This document shows, piece by piece, positions 25,305 through 37,680 of a DNA stretch of 64,000 nt. A model generated the notes under the pieces. It worked only from the letters and a program-made list of their open reading frames with translations. It was not told the DNA's origin and did no database searches. How positions within the stretch are numbered: the first letter of the stretch is position 1; every line of letters starts with the position of its first letter. The DNA lies in assembly GCF_006345805.1 (NCBI RefSeq), contig NC_042997.1, positions 144,708,001 to 144,772,000 on the forward strand. Direction: 5' to 3'. The DNA comes from Octopus sinensis. Taxonomy: Eukaryota. The translations under genes were made by a program, and so were the position numbers.

Positions 25305-25865
25305 ATTTGGTTTTTGGATTTGGTTTGCAAAATTCTTTATATGAGTTCGTGTGTTGAAGCATATTCTGTTGTGTCTGGGAAGAGTCATTTTCTTTTTGTG
25401 CCTTATAATATAACACACTCACCAGTAAAATTTCCACTTATTTCTTATTTTTATTTTCCTAAAATTTTCGTTGCGTCTTGCAACCTTTTCAATAGTCTTG
25501 ACTGTCCGTTATTTACACTGCGTTCCCTTTTGTTTGTTTGTGCGCATGTGTGTGGGTCAGTGTGTGTGTATGTATACATACACACATACATACGTACATA
25601 CATGCATACATAGGCACACACACACACTGACCCACACACATGCACACAAACAAACAAAAAGGAACGTAGTGTAAATAACGGACAGAGTCAAAACTATTGA
25701 AAAGGTTGCAAGATGCAACGAAAATTTTAGGAAAATAAAAGTAAGAAATAAGTGGAAATTTTACTGGTGAGTGTCACATTATAAGGCACAAAAAGAAAAT
25801 GTATATATATATATGTATATATATATATATGCATACATACATTATAAGGCATAAAAAGAAAATGT
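25305..25865. mobile_element. Penelope-like pseudo-LTR pieces in inverted arrangement (family P2)
   Basis: Same sequence as 33650-33915; inverted arms 25386-25570 and 25614-25801; embedded in (TA)n; carries a hammerhead-like motif. Confidence 0.65.
25694..25730 (+). ncRNA. Putative minimal hammerhead ribozyme variant (U3-A8 core)
   Basis: CTA-TTGAAAA-G-GTTGCA/TGCAAC-GAAAA-TTT-TAG; mirror copy 25459-25495 (-), third copy 33748-33784 (-). Confidence 0.45.
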
Positions 25866-26096
25866 ATATATATGTATGTATGTATGAGTATATATATGTA
25901 CATATAAATATATATGACCGAGACCTTTGGAAATATGCTGTGCTTGAGAAGACCCAGCAAGCCAAGTGAGACCATAACCATGGCCTATACCAGGGGTGTA
26001 ACCAGCCCACTTATGTGTACCTTTCCTTCATTGGACACTAAACTCTCCTGTGTGGATTTGGTAGACAGAAACTGAAAGAATTCTCTCATATGTATG

Positions 26097-26132
<36 letters not shown>

Positions 26133-26200
26133 TATGTATAAATAATATATAAATATATGCATACATATATGTACATACCTATATGTATAAAATAGTGTAT

Positions 26201-26420
26201 ATTCAAACACAAGAGAAACTACCTTTAACAGGCAGCTTTACATGCTAGAAGAAGCAGTCAAAACGCCCAAAACCACATTTAAGAGAAATTTCGAAGGGAA
26301 TGAAAAATATAAACTTTTACCTTGTTATTTTCTTATGGTCATATCTAGATTTTGAATTTTGACTACTCCTTCTAGCATGTAAGGCTGCCTGTTAAAGGTA
26401 GTTTCTCTTGCGTTTAAATG
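26201..26420. repeat. Fold-back element, ~60-bp inverted arms (MITE-like)
   Basis: caagagaaactacctttaacaggcagctttacatgctagaag versus cttctagcatgtaaggctgcctgttaaaggtagtttctcttg. Confidence 0.85.
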
Positions 26421-27126
26421 TTAAAAGTTTTAGTTTTTACACAACTAGACTCAACACTACCTAAGCATGTTTTTATATATCATCTTTCATAATCATTTTA
26501 TGAATATCTAAATGAGTTATGTGACACAGATTCCATATAGTCTCCTGTAACAACATAATATTCTTCTGATACTACCTTTCTGATGTATTCTTCTTTTCTG
26601 CACTGAGGAGAATGGTAATATGTAATTAAATTTTTTTCCATGTTTCATACATGTTGGTGTTACCATTTGAAACGATCGTATGCATGGATTAAAATGTTAT
26701 AAAACTTTTAAAATCTTCTCTTCTCCATCTTTGTTTGTAGAATTTATATAGGATATGTGTTCTATAAATGCTCATAACACACCTTATTCTCATATATAAA
26801 CACACACATCTACATGTGTGTGTATGTATCTGTGTTTGTTCCTCCCCCCCATCACTATTTGAAACCAAGTGTTGGTGTGTTTGCGTCCCTGTAACTTAGC
26901 AGTTTGGCAAAAGAGACTGATAGAATAAGTACTAGGAGGCTTGAGAAATAAGTACTGGGATTCATTTGTTTGACTAAAACCCCTTCAAGGCAGTGCTCCA
27001 GCATGGCCACAGTAAAATGACAGAAACAAGAGAATAAAAGAATATATTTATATTATATATGTTTTGAGAGACAAATAAGTAAATGGTTATATCAATATTT
27101 CTCTCTTCTGCCTAAAAAAGGGTAAA

Positions 27127-27432
27127 GACTCCCTTCGGTCATGAATGACCATAGTATTGCACGTAGAAAGTTAGCCTCCGAGGCACAAGTTCAGGCAAGG
27201 TTGTTTATGGAAGACCAGCAGTCACCCACACATACCAGTCCCCACCTCTTTCCAAGGGAAAGGCTGATACAACTTGACACTAGTGATGTCGCAACTCATT
27301 TCTACAGCTGAGTGAACTGGAGAAACATGAAATAAAATGTCCTGCGCAAGAACGCAACACAAGCCCAGTCCAGGAATTGAACTCACTACCTCATTATTGT
27401 GAGCCTGGTGCTCTAGCCACCAAGCCATGCCC
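27127..27432 (-). mobile_element. tRNA-derived SINE family D, full length
   Basis: Reverse complement collinear with 10145-10264 plus 10971-11178. Confidence 0.9.
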
Positions 27433-27586
27433 TTTCACCTCTTTACCCTTCACCCTCTTCTACCTAACACTATGATTTAACAATACTGGGTACTTACTCA
27501 TATCATGAATAAGAAACAATTCTCAACCGCAATTTTAAATTAAGCTAGCAACATCATCAGAACAGTATATATGTATTTTATACATA

Positions 27587-27745
27587 GGCACAGGAGTGGC
27601 TGTGTGGTAAGTAGCTTGCTTACCAACCACTCTGGGTTCAGTCCACTGCATGTCACCTTGGGCAAGTGTCTTCTGCTATAGCCTCGAGCTGACCAAAGCC
27701 TTGTGAGTGGATTTGGTAGACGAAAGCTGAAAGAAGCCCGTCGTG

Positions 27746-27785
<40 letters not shown>

Positions 27786-27988
27786 TGTGTTTGTCCTTCT
27801 CAGCATCGCTTGACAACTGATGTTGGTGTGTTCACAACCCTGCAATCTAGCGGTTCGGCAAAAGAGACTGATAGAATAAGTACTAGGCTTACAAAGAATA
27901 AGGTCTGGGGCCGATTTGTTCGACTAAAGGCGGTGCTCCAGCATGGCCGCAGTCAAATGACTGAAACAAGTAAAAGGATAAAAGAAAA
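27587..27988 (+). mobile_element. SINE family A, full length
   Basis: ggcacaggagtggctgtgtgg head, internal (TG)n, tail gactgaaacaagtaaaag. Confidence 0.92.
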
Positions 27989-29712
27989 GAATATATTTAC
28001 TGCTCCTTTTTTTTCTTTTCTTTAAATTTTATTTCAAATTTCAAAATAAACAAACAAACACTAGACTACGTTTTCATAAATTTATTTTAGATGTAAATTG
28101 AAACTTAAAACTGAATCAAAACATTATTAAAAACTAATAGAAATATGTTTGCTATACGACCACTCCCTGTTATATGTAATCAGAGAAAAATAGTTGACCT
28201 AATATTTATTAACTGAAAAGAATATCTTTCTCAGCTTATGTACTTGGTATTGTATGTATTTTGCACTGTTGGCTATATTATTGTAGCTACTAATATCAAC
28301 AGTATATTGTGTTATTATATAACTATGTTCGCATATGTGTTGTGAGTTTTTGTGACTAGATTTTTGATGCATTTCTTTTGCTATTTACTGCATTAGACTC
28401 TTCATAAAACCATAAAGTACCTAGCATATGGCATGATAAATAAAGCTGAGCTGTTGTACTTAATATCTCGATAACATATAAAAATACCAAAACTGTATAT
28501 TGCATAGTAATCATTAATAAAGGGAAAAAAAATTAAATTTGAATTTTCTTGCTTCTGTGACTTGAGATATCAGAGCAATCAAACAAACAGAATAGAAACA
28601 GAGGCACCCAATATTTTAACTGTTAGATATATTAGTTGGAGGAATTGTGGTGTTGATTGTTGGTGCAAAAATGAAATGAATAAATAAGAATATTAAAACA
28701 AACAAAGTAATTTGATCTTGATTCATTTTTGAATTTCAATTTCTGAAATTTATTTCAATTAATTTTTTTATTAATCATCTCTTGATTTCAGTTTGTAAAA
28801 ATATGAAAAACTAATGAAAAATAAATAAAGAATGGAAAAGAAAGTGAAAACAAATTTGAGAAGAATAAAAAAAAAAGACAATCTTAACACATAATGGACA
28901 ATTGTAACCTCAACAATCCACTTTGGAACATAATAATTGGATATATAACATTTAAAGAAGCGCTAATTAAGAATAACAGCTTTGGATTTTTATAAAGTCA
29001 TAGAAGAGGAAAAATAATTGTGTGAGAAATAAACATCTTCAAGTCAAAAGCATTTATAAAAACAATGTTCTATCTATGATGTTTTCAGAAAATAGTGGTT
29101 TATTTTTCCACCTGAGTTACCTCATTAATTTTAATGTTAGTAAATAGAGAAAGTTTGAAATAAGAGCTTGAAGTATAGAAATATTGCATTACTGGAGTAA
29201 ATTTCTAGTTACAACATTTATAAAGTCGTCAACACCGACCAGCATATCTTCCAAAATATTTGATCCTTGAACGAACTACACACAATACAGCAGAGATAAT
29301 TAAAGTAATTCAGGTGGAAAAATCAGCAAACTGTTACATTTTCTGAGGATATAAATTGAAATGAAGTCTTTTGTTATGTATTATACATATTTTTAGACAA
29401 AAGCTTTTCCATTATTGAGAAGTTTTAGCGCAGAAGTTCAACAGGCTAATCAGATGTTTATTGAATTGACAAGAATGAGAATTGCAAAAAGTGTTAGTGT
29501 AATCAGCATTTGAAAGCTTACATTCTATTCACGGTTCTAGTTATAAGCTTCCTGAATTGTGTTCCAAGCATGGCTGTGTAGTTAAGAAATTCACTTCCAA
29601 ACCACAGGTTCTGGGTTCCATCCTACTGCTAGGTACTTTTATGTAGCGTCTTCATTTGTTGCACCAGGCCAACCAGTGCCTTCGAAGTTACTGATGGAAA
29701 CCGTACAGAGAC

Positions 29713-29753
<41 letters not shown>

Positions 29754-29754
<1 letters not shown>

Positions 29755-29946
29755 TCTTTTTTACTTACTTATTTCAGTCATTTGACTGTGGCCATACTGG
29801 AGCACTGCCTTTAGTCGAACAAATTGACCCCAGGACTTATTTTTTGGAAGCCTAACCGCTAAGTTACGGGGACGTAAACACACCAGCATCGGTTGTCAAG
29901 TGATGTTGGGGGGGACAAACACAGACACACAAACATATACACACAC

Positions 29947-30001
<55 letters not shown>

Positions 30002-30510
30002 TGACAGGCTTCTTTCAGTTTCCGTCTACCATATCTACTCACAAGGCTTTGGTCAGCCCAAGGCTATAGTAGAAGACACTTGCCCAAGGTGCCACGCAGT
30101 AGGACTGAACCCGGAACTGTGTGGTTTGTAAGCAAGCTACTTACCACACAGCCACTCAGTACCTGTTTCAGTCATTGGGGCACTGCCTTGAAGGGCTTTA
30201 GTCAAACAAATTAACCCCCAGAACTTATTTTTTTAAACCTGGTACTTTTTCTATTGCTGACTGCTTAGTTATGAGGACAAACAAACCAACACCAGTTGTC
30301 AAATTGTGGTGTGGGTCAAACACATACACAAAGACACCCATAGATATTGTACATAGATACAAACATGACAGGCTTCTTTCAGTTTCTGTTTACCAAATCT
30401 GCTCACAAGGCTTTGGCTGGCTTGAGGCTATAGTAGAAGACATACCCAAGGTATCACAGAGTGGGTCGGAACTCAGAACCATGTGGTTGGAAAGCAAACT
30501 ACTTACCACA
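29754..30510 (-). mobile_element. Two tandem SINE family A copies
   Basis: About 29754-30158 and 30160-30510, each the reverse complement of the family A consensus. Confidence 0.88.
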
Positions 30511-30550
30511 GACCTCCCACCTGTGCCTCTGTGTGTATGTATGTGTGTGC

Positions 30551-30586
<36 letters not shown>

Positions 30587-30590
<4 letters not shown>

Positions 30591-30760
30591 AGAGTTTACG
30601 AAAAAAACAAAAGACGAAGACAGGTGGTGTACAAAACAATCAGATGTATTAGTATAACGCTCAGGAATAGAAAAAGTATTTTACGTTTCGAGCCTACGCT
30701 CTTCTACAGAAAGGGACACAGAAAAAACAAGGAGAGAAACATAGAGAGAGAGAGAAAGAG
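30587..30760 (-). mobile_element. Penelope-like pseudo-LTR fragment (family P3)
   Basis: Near-identical to 33443-33632; abuts (TA)n; contains hammerhead-like fold at 30678-30713. Confidence 0.6.
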
Positions 30761-30762
30761 AG

Positions 30763-31139
30763 AGGAGCAGGAGTAGCTGTGTGGTAAGTAGCTTGCTTCC
30801 CAACCACATGATTCCAGGTTCAGTTCCACCGAGTGACACCTTGGGCAAGTGTCTTCTATAGCCTCGGGTCGAACAAAGCCTTGTGAGGGGATTTGGTAGA
30901 CGGAAACTAAAAGAAGCCCGTCGTATATATGTATATGTTTGTGTATCTGTGTTTGCCTTCACCACCATCGCTTGACAACCGATGCAGGTGTGTTTACGTC
31001 CCCGCAACTTAGCGGTTCGGCAAAGAGACCAATAAAATAAGTACTTGGCTTATTAAGAATAAGTCCTGGGGGTCGATCTGTTCGAGTAAACGCGGTGCTC
31101 TAGCATGGCCGCAGTCAAATGACTGAAGCAAATAAAAGA
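30763..31139 (+). mobile_element. SINE family A, full length
   Basis: Head to tail collinear with consensus; retains most CpGs. Confidence 0.9.
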
Positions 31140-31149
31140 ATATATATAT

Positions 31150-31333
31150 ATAATTTAATTAAATTCGATTACGTAAAAATGTTGAAACTACGCATGGTAC
31201 AAAGTTGAAGGGGATAAATGTTTTTATTTCTCCTTTAGTTTCAGAATTACTACTATTTTGCGGTTTGAGTTTAGCTGCTCTTTCAAGTGAGTTGAACGGC
31301 CTGTCAGGGTCATTCCTTAATACTATTGTTGAA
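31150..31333. mobile_element. Repeat family P4 (probable Penelope-like pLTR fragment)
   Basis: 31200-31332 near-identical to 44381-44511; flanked by (TA)n. Confidence 0.55.
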
Positions 31334-32014
31334 TATATATATATATATATATATATAAATATATACGGTTTTGAGTACTCTTTATCCGACAATCAACACT
31401 GAACGAACATATATAAAACTTTATGCATTTTAAAATACAATACAACAATTGCCAAAACAAAATATCGATAGCACACTGTAAAAAGTAGAACCTCAAACAC
31501 CAACCACAAATGAACACACGCTTCTTCTAGCTTAACTAACCAGGTATACGTGTGGTGATTAACCGATACCGACATAAAAGCTAAAATCTATTCAGTAATT
31601 CATTGAATGAAACTATAAAGTCATATTAGTACATACGTACGAATGAGTGTTAAGTGTGTAGAATAAAAGTAGTTTATTTATTCATTTATTTATTTATTCG
31701 TTGTTTGTTTTTGTGGTTGTACCTGTTTTACAAAAGATCATAAGCAAAAGTCATCGACAACAACACTAAAAAACGTCAGCAGATTTCGATTCTTTCTTTA
31801 GTATGTTTTTTTTTCTTCTGTTTTTTATTGTTTGTTTTGTTTTATATATTTATATATATTTTTTCCCCTGTTGTTCGTTTGGAGTCTCACGTCTGTCAAT
31901 CATGTTTGTATTAACATATACCGATGTGAGAAGCGTATTTAATAATGAATGACAACAGCTTTTTGCTTTCAAGCAAGTATCACTAAAATGATCAGACTGT
32001 TAAAATACACAGAA

Positions 32015-32055
<41 letters not shown>

Positions 32056-32152
32056 TGGACAAACGAAAGAAAGAGGCACTCAGCTAGAAGTTACATGTAT
32101 TATTATGTAAAGCATGGAGCTGAATCGAACTGCTTTAAATAATAATAATAAC

Positions 32153-32183
<31 letters not shown>

Positions 32184-32329
32184 TGTATGCACGCGCGCGC
32201 ACGTACATTCATATACACTCGGACAACGATTACCAGTCTAAGTAGTATTTCCGTCCAGGTATATAGTACGAAGAAATGGAAAGATTAGTTCTCATATATC
32301 GACAGTTCTTGAATAAATACAAATAAATA

Positions 32330-32472
32330 AATAAATGAATAGACAGACAGACAGACAGATAGATATGTTTCTTTATTAGTCACACAGGGCTGAACACAGA
32401 GGGGACAAGTTACAAAAGACAGATAGACAGACGGATAGATAGACAGACAGAGATATACAGAGAGAGAGAAAC

Positions 32473-32513
<41 letters not shown>

Positions 32514-32725
32514 TACAGAGAGAGAGAGAGAGAGAGAGATAGACAGAGAGAGAGAGATAGACAGACAGATAGACAGAAAGACAGACAGATAGATAGACAG
32601 ACAGACAGATATAGACAGACGGATATATAGACAGACAGATAGATAAATAAATAGACAGACAGATATATAGACAGACAGTCAAATAGATAGACAGACAGAT
32701 ATATAGACAGACAGACCGACAGATA
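32330..32725. repeat. (TAGA/CAGA/GA)n compound microsatellite
   Basis: Direct reading; source of spurious ORFs 32285-32878. Confidence 0.95.
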
Positions 32726-33249
32726 TGTACATGTATGTAAGTGGTGCGCGCGCACATAGACACAGAAACTCACACACACGAGTGTGTGTGTATGCGTGCC
32801 TGTGAACGTGTCATGTATGTGTACATACATATATACATACGAATGTGTGTGTGAGTGCGCGCGCGTTCTGAAGTTCAATTTACAACGTCTGCAGCTCTGC
32901 TAAATAGTTCCATCATATGTGAAGGTCGATACCATTCATATGTTAACAGTTCACTTCGTGTATGCTGTTGTTTTTGATAGTAACGACGGGTGTGATAATG
33001 GTAGTGGAAGCCAGCAGTCATCCTCTTCAGATCGAACACTTGCTAAATTATCCACTAACTTCTCATGTCGGTTCCCCTGTACCTCGCTCCCCATATTCAG
33101 ATCGATTTTCGAACGATTGAAAGCTTATTTTTGGTTTAGGTATAATTCAAACGGAACGGAAAGTTATCTGAGAAAAATAGTTACAACCGGGAAACGAACA
33201 TAACGCGTTGATTCAGTTCCGAAAAAAGTTATGGAATATAGTGTTCCCC

Positions 33250-34090
33250 AGGCGCAGGCTTGGCTGAGTGGTTAAGAAGCTTGCTTCTCAACCATGTAAT
33301 CTTGGGGTTCAGTCTCACTGCACAGCACCTTAGGCAGGTGTTATTTACTCTATTCCCAGGTCGACCAAAGCCTTGTGAGCGGATTTGCTAGACAGAAATT
33401 GAAAGTGAAAGAAACCAGTCTTGTATGTGTGTGTGTGTGCATAGGGGGGAGTTCACGAAAAAATCAAAAGACGAAGACATGTGATGTACAAAACAAACAG
33501 ATGTATTAGTATAACGCTCAGGAATTGAAAAAGTCTTTTACGTTTCGAGCCTACGCTCTTCTACAGAAAGGGACACAGAAAAAAACAAACAAGGAGAGAA
33601 AATGTGTATAGTGGCTACCGATCTATCATGGCGATATATATATATATATTTATTCTGTTGTGTCTGGGGAGAGTCATTTTCTTTTTGTGCCTTATAATGT
33701 AACACACTCACCGGTAAAATTTCCACTTATTTCTTATTTTTATTTTCCTAAAGTTTTCGTTGCGTCTTGCAACATTTTCAATAGTGGAAATTTTACCGGT
33801 GAGTGTTACATTATAAGGCACAAAAAGAAAATGACTCTCCCCAGACACAACAGAATATGCTTCAAAACACGAACTCATATAAAGAATCTTGCAAACCAAA
33901 TCCAAAAACGAAATATGTGTGTGTGTGTGTCCTCCCACCACCGCTTCACAGCGCTGTTGGTTTTGTCTACGTCTACTTTGTTAAGGTTTTAAAATAAGTC
34001 CTGGGGTTGGTTGACTTGTTCGACTAAACCTTTCAAGGCGGTGCTCCATCTTGGACGCACTCCAAATACTGAAACAAGCAAATGATAAAA
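33250..34090 (+). mobile_element. SINE family A split by two Penelope-like inserts
   Basis: 5' half 33250-33440, 3' half 33915-34090; P3 piece 33443-33632 and P2 inverted pair 33650-33915 between. Confidence 0.8.
33535..33570 (-). ncRNA. Hammerhead-like fold with non-canonical core (CUGUAGA)
   Basis: Minus strand CTTT-CTGTAGA-A-GAGC-GTAG-GCTC-GAAA-CGTA-AAAG: stems I and II and palindromic ACGT stem III present, A6 replaced by U. Confidence 0.4.
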
Positions 34091-34509
34091 GTTACTTGAA
34101 CAGAATTCCATGTCAACAGTTTTTCCTGGAGGCAAAACGAAATGGTATCAACAGCAGCCAGCTATCAATGAGCTGGTGATTCTTCGCAGCATCCATACAA
34201 CAGCCATTCTGATAAGCTTAGCGTAATTTCTTAGGGAAAAACCAAGACAACCACCAATTTGTAGGTATCATAAGCACAGATGCTTTTGCGACAAACTTTT
34301 ATAAACTGTATTTCCTTATGTCCAAATATGTATGTATTCTTTCTCTCCTATAATAAAATTCTGAACTCCAAACAGAGAGCTGAAGTATGTGCAGCAAAAT
34401 TCGAAACAGAGTCGACAAATTGCCAAGTTAAAATCACGTCATAGCAACAGTTTGTTCACGTGAGCGGCCGAATTATGGATCAACTAGTAGCCAGACATCA
34501 CATGATAAA

Positions 34510-34720
34510 TCATTCTAGAAGGGTTTGGAACATTTCCTTACAATAGTCATGTTCTGAGCGCCAACTTCGAAGGGTGTTGAAGACGTGCAGATGAAATGAC
34601 ATCTCTACTCCTGCCAGACAATTCGCGCAGAGACCGGTCGATTCCGTTCCTTTCTCACTTCTTACTTTAGTGTGTGGCAACCCGCAGCTCAGTTCCACAT
34701 ACTTTCTTGCTGCTTTTAAT
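34510..34720 (-). mobile_element. Possible decayed L1/Tx1-type LINE C-terminal zinc-binding fragment
   Basis: LPHTKVRSEKG..STGLCANC..VEMSFHL loosely fits the zf-RVT pattern LP..RL...G....CxxC...E...HL. Confidence 0.25.
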
Positions 34721-37039
34721 AGTTATTATCACGGCTCGAGTTTTGCTACAGAAGCTTAGATACCGATTCAGTAGAAATAAGAAAATGATAAATTTTACTG
34801 GTCATCTTTGTAATTTTAACTCAAAGAAATAAATCATTTTTACTCACGTAGTCTAGACATAAGCAAAATGATTGTTTAATAATGATTTCAAATTTTAGCA
34901 CAAGGCCAGCAATTTCAGGACAAGCAGTAGGCTTGTCGATTACTTCAACCCTAGTGCTCAGCTGGTACTTATTTTATCGACCTGGAAAGGATGAAAGGCG
35001 AAGTCGACTTCGGCGGAATTTGAATACGAAGAATGGTTAATAATGGCCTGAAGGGATCACCTGAATAAAATAGGAATCAAAGTGGTCCATGGGTAAAAAG
35101 TGGTTGAGAACCACTGATATTTACGAAAGTATAGGACTGTTAAGGCCAGAAAACCAAACGTTAATCATAGGTTTGGAGCTAAACAACGACGAAATATTAG
35201 AGTCTTTGAGATCATGACTATCGACTGAGTCCAGTTAGCTTCTTAAAAATAAAAGATAAATGTGGTGAATCGTGGCACAATTTCCAAAAAATATGAAATG
35301 CGTTAAAATATAGTTTACTTGAAATGCCGAAAAGAAAAAAAAAGTATTTGCTAATTGCGTCTTTTCGAAATTTCTGCTGGCTTTTATACATCATTACATC
35401 TGCTAATTAATATTTGTTTTTAACGTTGTTTTTAATTAAATATTTCCAAGTTATATAAACGCTTTTTTTTTTCTCGCCTCATAATGCAAGTGCTTTTTTA
35501 GAATGAAAAATTAATTTTTTTCCTCTCAGAAGTAAAAAAAAGAAGAAAAAAAAGAAAAAGAAAGAAATACTAAACAATATGTTCTTCGTTTTGGTATTTC
35601 CAATAAACTATTCCCCATTTTTAAAATTAAACCACTGCTCCCCACATTAACCGCATCAAACTTAATATTATATTCAGCCAATTTACATACAAGTGAAATA
35701 GCTGATCCAAGAAATATTACAAACATAAGACGTCCTCTAGATACTGAAATATGCTTGTATTTGTGTCTTTATTGCAGCAATTGCGAACGCTGGTCCTATA
35801 TATTTTTTTATGTTTTTAATGTGCCATTTATATTTGATATTTTATAGCCATAAGGTCATGTTTAAGTGTTTATATGCTGGCAGTATTGACTGGTGCCATA
35901 AAAACATGTTAGCCAGTAGACGATCAAATATGTTCAATAGAGAACTTTAGCAAACAGACTAAAATCGATGATGGCCAAATTTCATTCTGCAATAATCTTC
36001 AAGTATGTGAAGTCATGAAAGGGTTATGCAAACATTTTGATATATATATACAGATAGTTAAATAGTGTGTGTGTGTGTGTGTGTGTGGTTAATATTATTC
36101 ATCTTTATCTGGCGATCCAAAACGGAAAGCCACTTGAGTAAAACTTATAAGTGTTAATACTGAATTGGAAGCGGTAAGAGACAAAAAAAAAAAAAAGCCA
36201 AAAGAAAAAAATTGGCAGCTGTCCAGAAATACACGAATCAAGTAGGAATAATTGTGAATAATCAATCTTTAGTGCAATATCTAAGGGACTGGGACACAGC
36301 AACGGCAACGAAAAGCATAAGAGTTTTGTAAGAGAATGGATTAATGTAATACTGTTTCGAGGGAAAGAAGCAAAGACGACTAAAAGCGAAGATTCAATTT
36401 GAACACTACAAGTCAAACTATACAGTCATGAAGATTTGAACAGAGTTAATTGTTTACTTTTCTTTCTTTCCATTTCCTTTTCTTTTTCTTTTTTTTTTGT
36501 TTGTTTTTGTTAGCAAGCGAGGTCAAAGCGAAATTTCTTTAGAAAATTTAATTAATATAAATCCAATATTATTTTAAGGCAAAACCAAATATCTTTTATC
36601 CGTCTCTGTCGTTAGGCTGCGACCATGCTGGGGCACCGCCTCGAAGACTTTCTAGCCGAATGAATCGACCCCCACTATTTATTTTTATTTTAAGCCTTTA
36701 TACTTACCCCCAGCGCTCTCTTTTACCGAATCGCTAAGTTACAGTGGGCTGGAGCAACGTGAAATAAAGTGTCTTGCTCAAGGTCTCAACGCGCCACCGG
36801 GAAACGAACTCACAACCTTACGATCGTGAACCGAATACCCCTAACTACTAAGCTACACGTCTTCACTGGCATAGCCTTAAATAGATCGGACGGTCACGGG
36901 TGAGACGCCTTCGATCATCGATATTTGCGATCAAATTAACCCTGCAAAGAATGTGTCTGTCAGTTTATGTTTAAAATGCTGTGCATTAGTTTCATGAAAA
37001 AGATCTTACAACAACTAATGACTGCCATCCATTATCTTT

Positions 37040-37680
37040 TCTTTTACTTGTTTCAGACACTGGTCATGCTGGGGCACTGCCCTGAAGGGTTTCAGTCGAA
37101 CAAATCGTACCCACTACTAAAGGTTTTTTTCTTTATATATATATATATATCGGTCTTTTGTCAAACTGCTAAATTATTGGGGATGTAAACAAACCGATAC
37201 CGGTTTCAATCGAACAAATCGCACCCACTACTAATGGTCTTTTTCTTTTTTTATATCGGTCTTTTGCCGAACTGCAAAGTTATGGGGACGTAAACAAACC
37301 GACACTGGTATCAATCGAACAAATTGCATCCAGTATTAATAGTCTCTTTTTTCTGTCGGTCTTTCACCGAACTACTAAGTTATGAGGACGTAAACAAACT
37401 GACACCGGTTTCAATTGAACAAATCACACCAAGTACTAAAGGCCTCTTTTTCTATCGGTCTTTTACCGAACTGTTAAGTTATGGGAACGTAAACTGACTG
37501 ACGCCGGTTATCAGTACAGACACATACTACACACACACGACGGGCATCCACACAATTTCAGTCTACCAAATTCATTCAAAGACAATACTCGGCCCGGGGT
37601 TATAGTAAGTGCTGCGCAGAGGAACTGAACCGAAACCATATGGTACTAAGTGAGTTTCTTAATCATGCAGCTATACCTGA
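37040..37680 (-). mobile_element. SINE family A with a four-fold tandem duplication of its 3' segment
   Basis: Units of about 100-114 bp start at 37096, 37210, 37315, 37415 (tcgaacaaatc...aaaccgacaccggtttcaa). Confidence 0.85.

Noticed and set aside
29397-29513. Possible + strand terminal exon (TKAFPLLRSFSAEVQQANQMF...)
   Set aside because: Only an AG and 38 open codons; no recognisable homology or partner exons.
32919-33203. 94-aa ORF in unique CpG-rich DNA
   Set aside because: GTG start, no recognisable domain or splice structure; better treated as candidate regulatory DNA.
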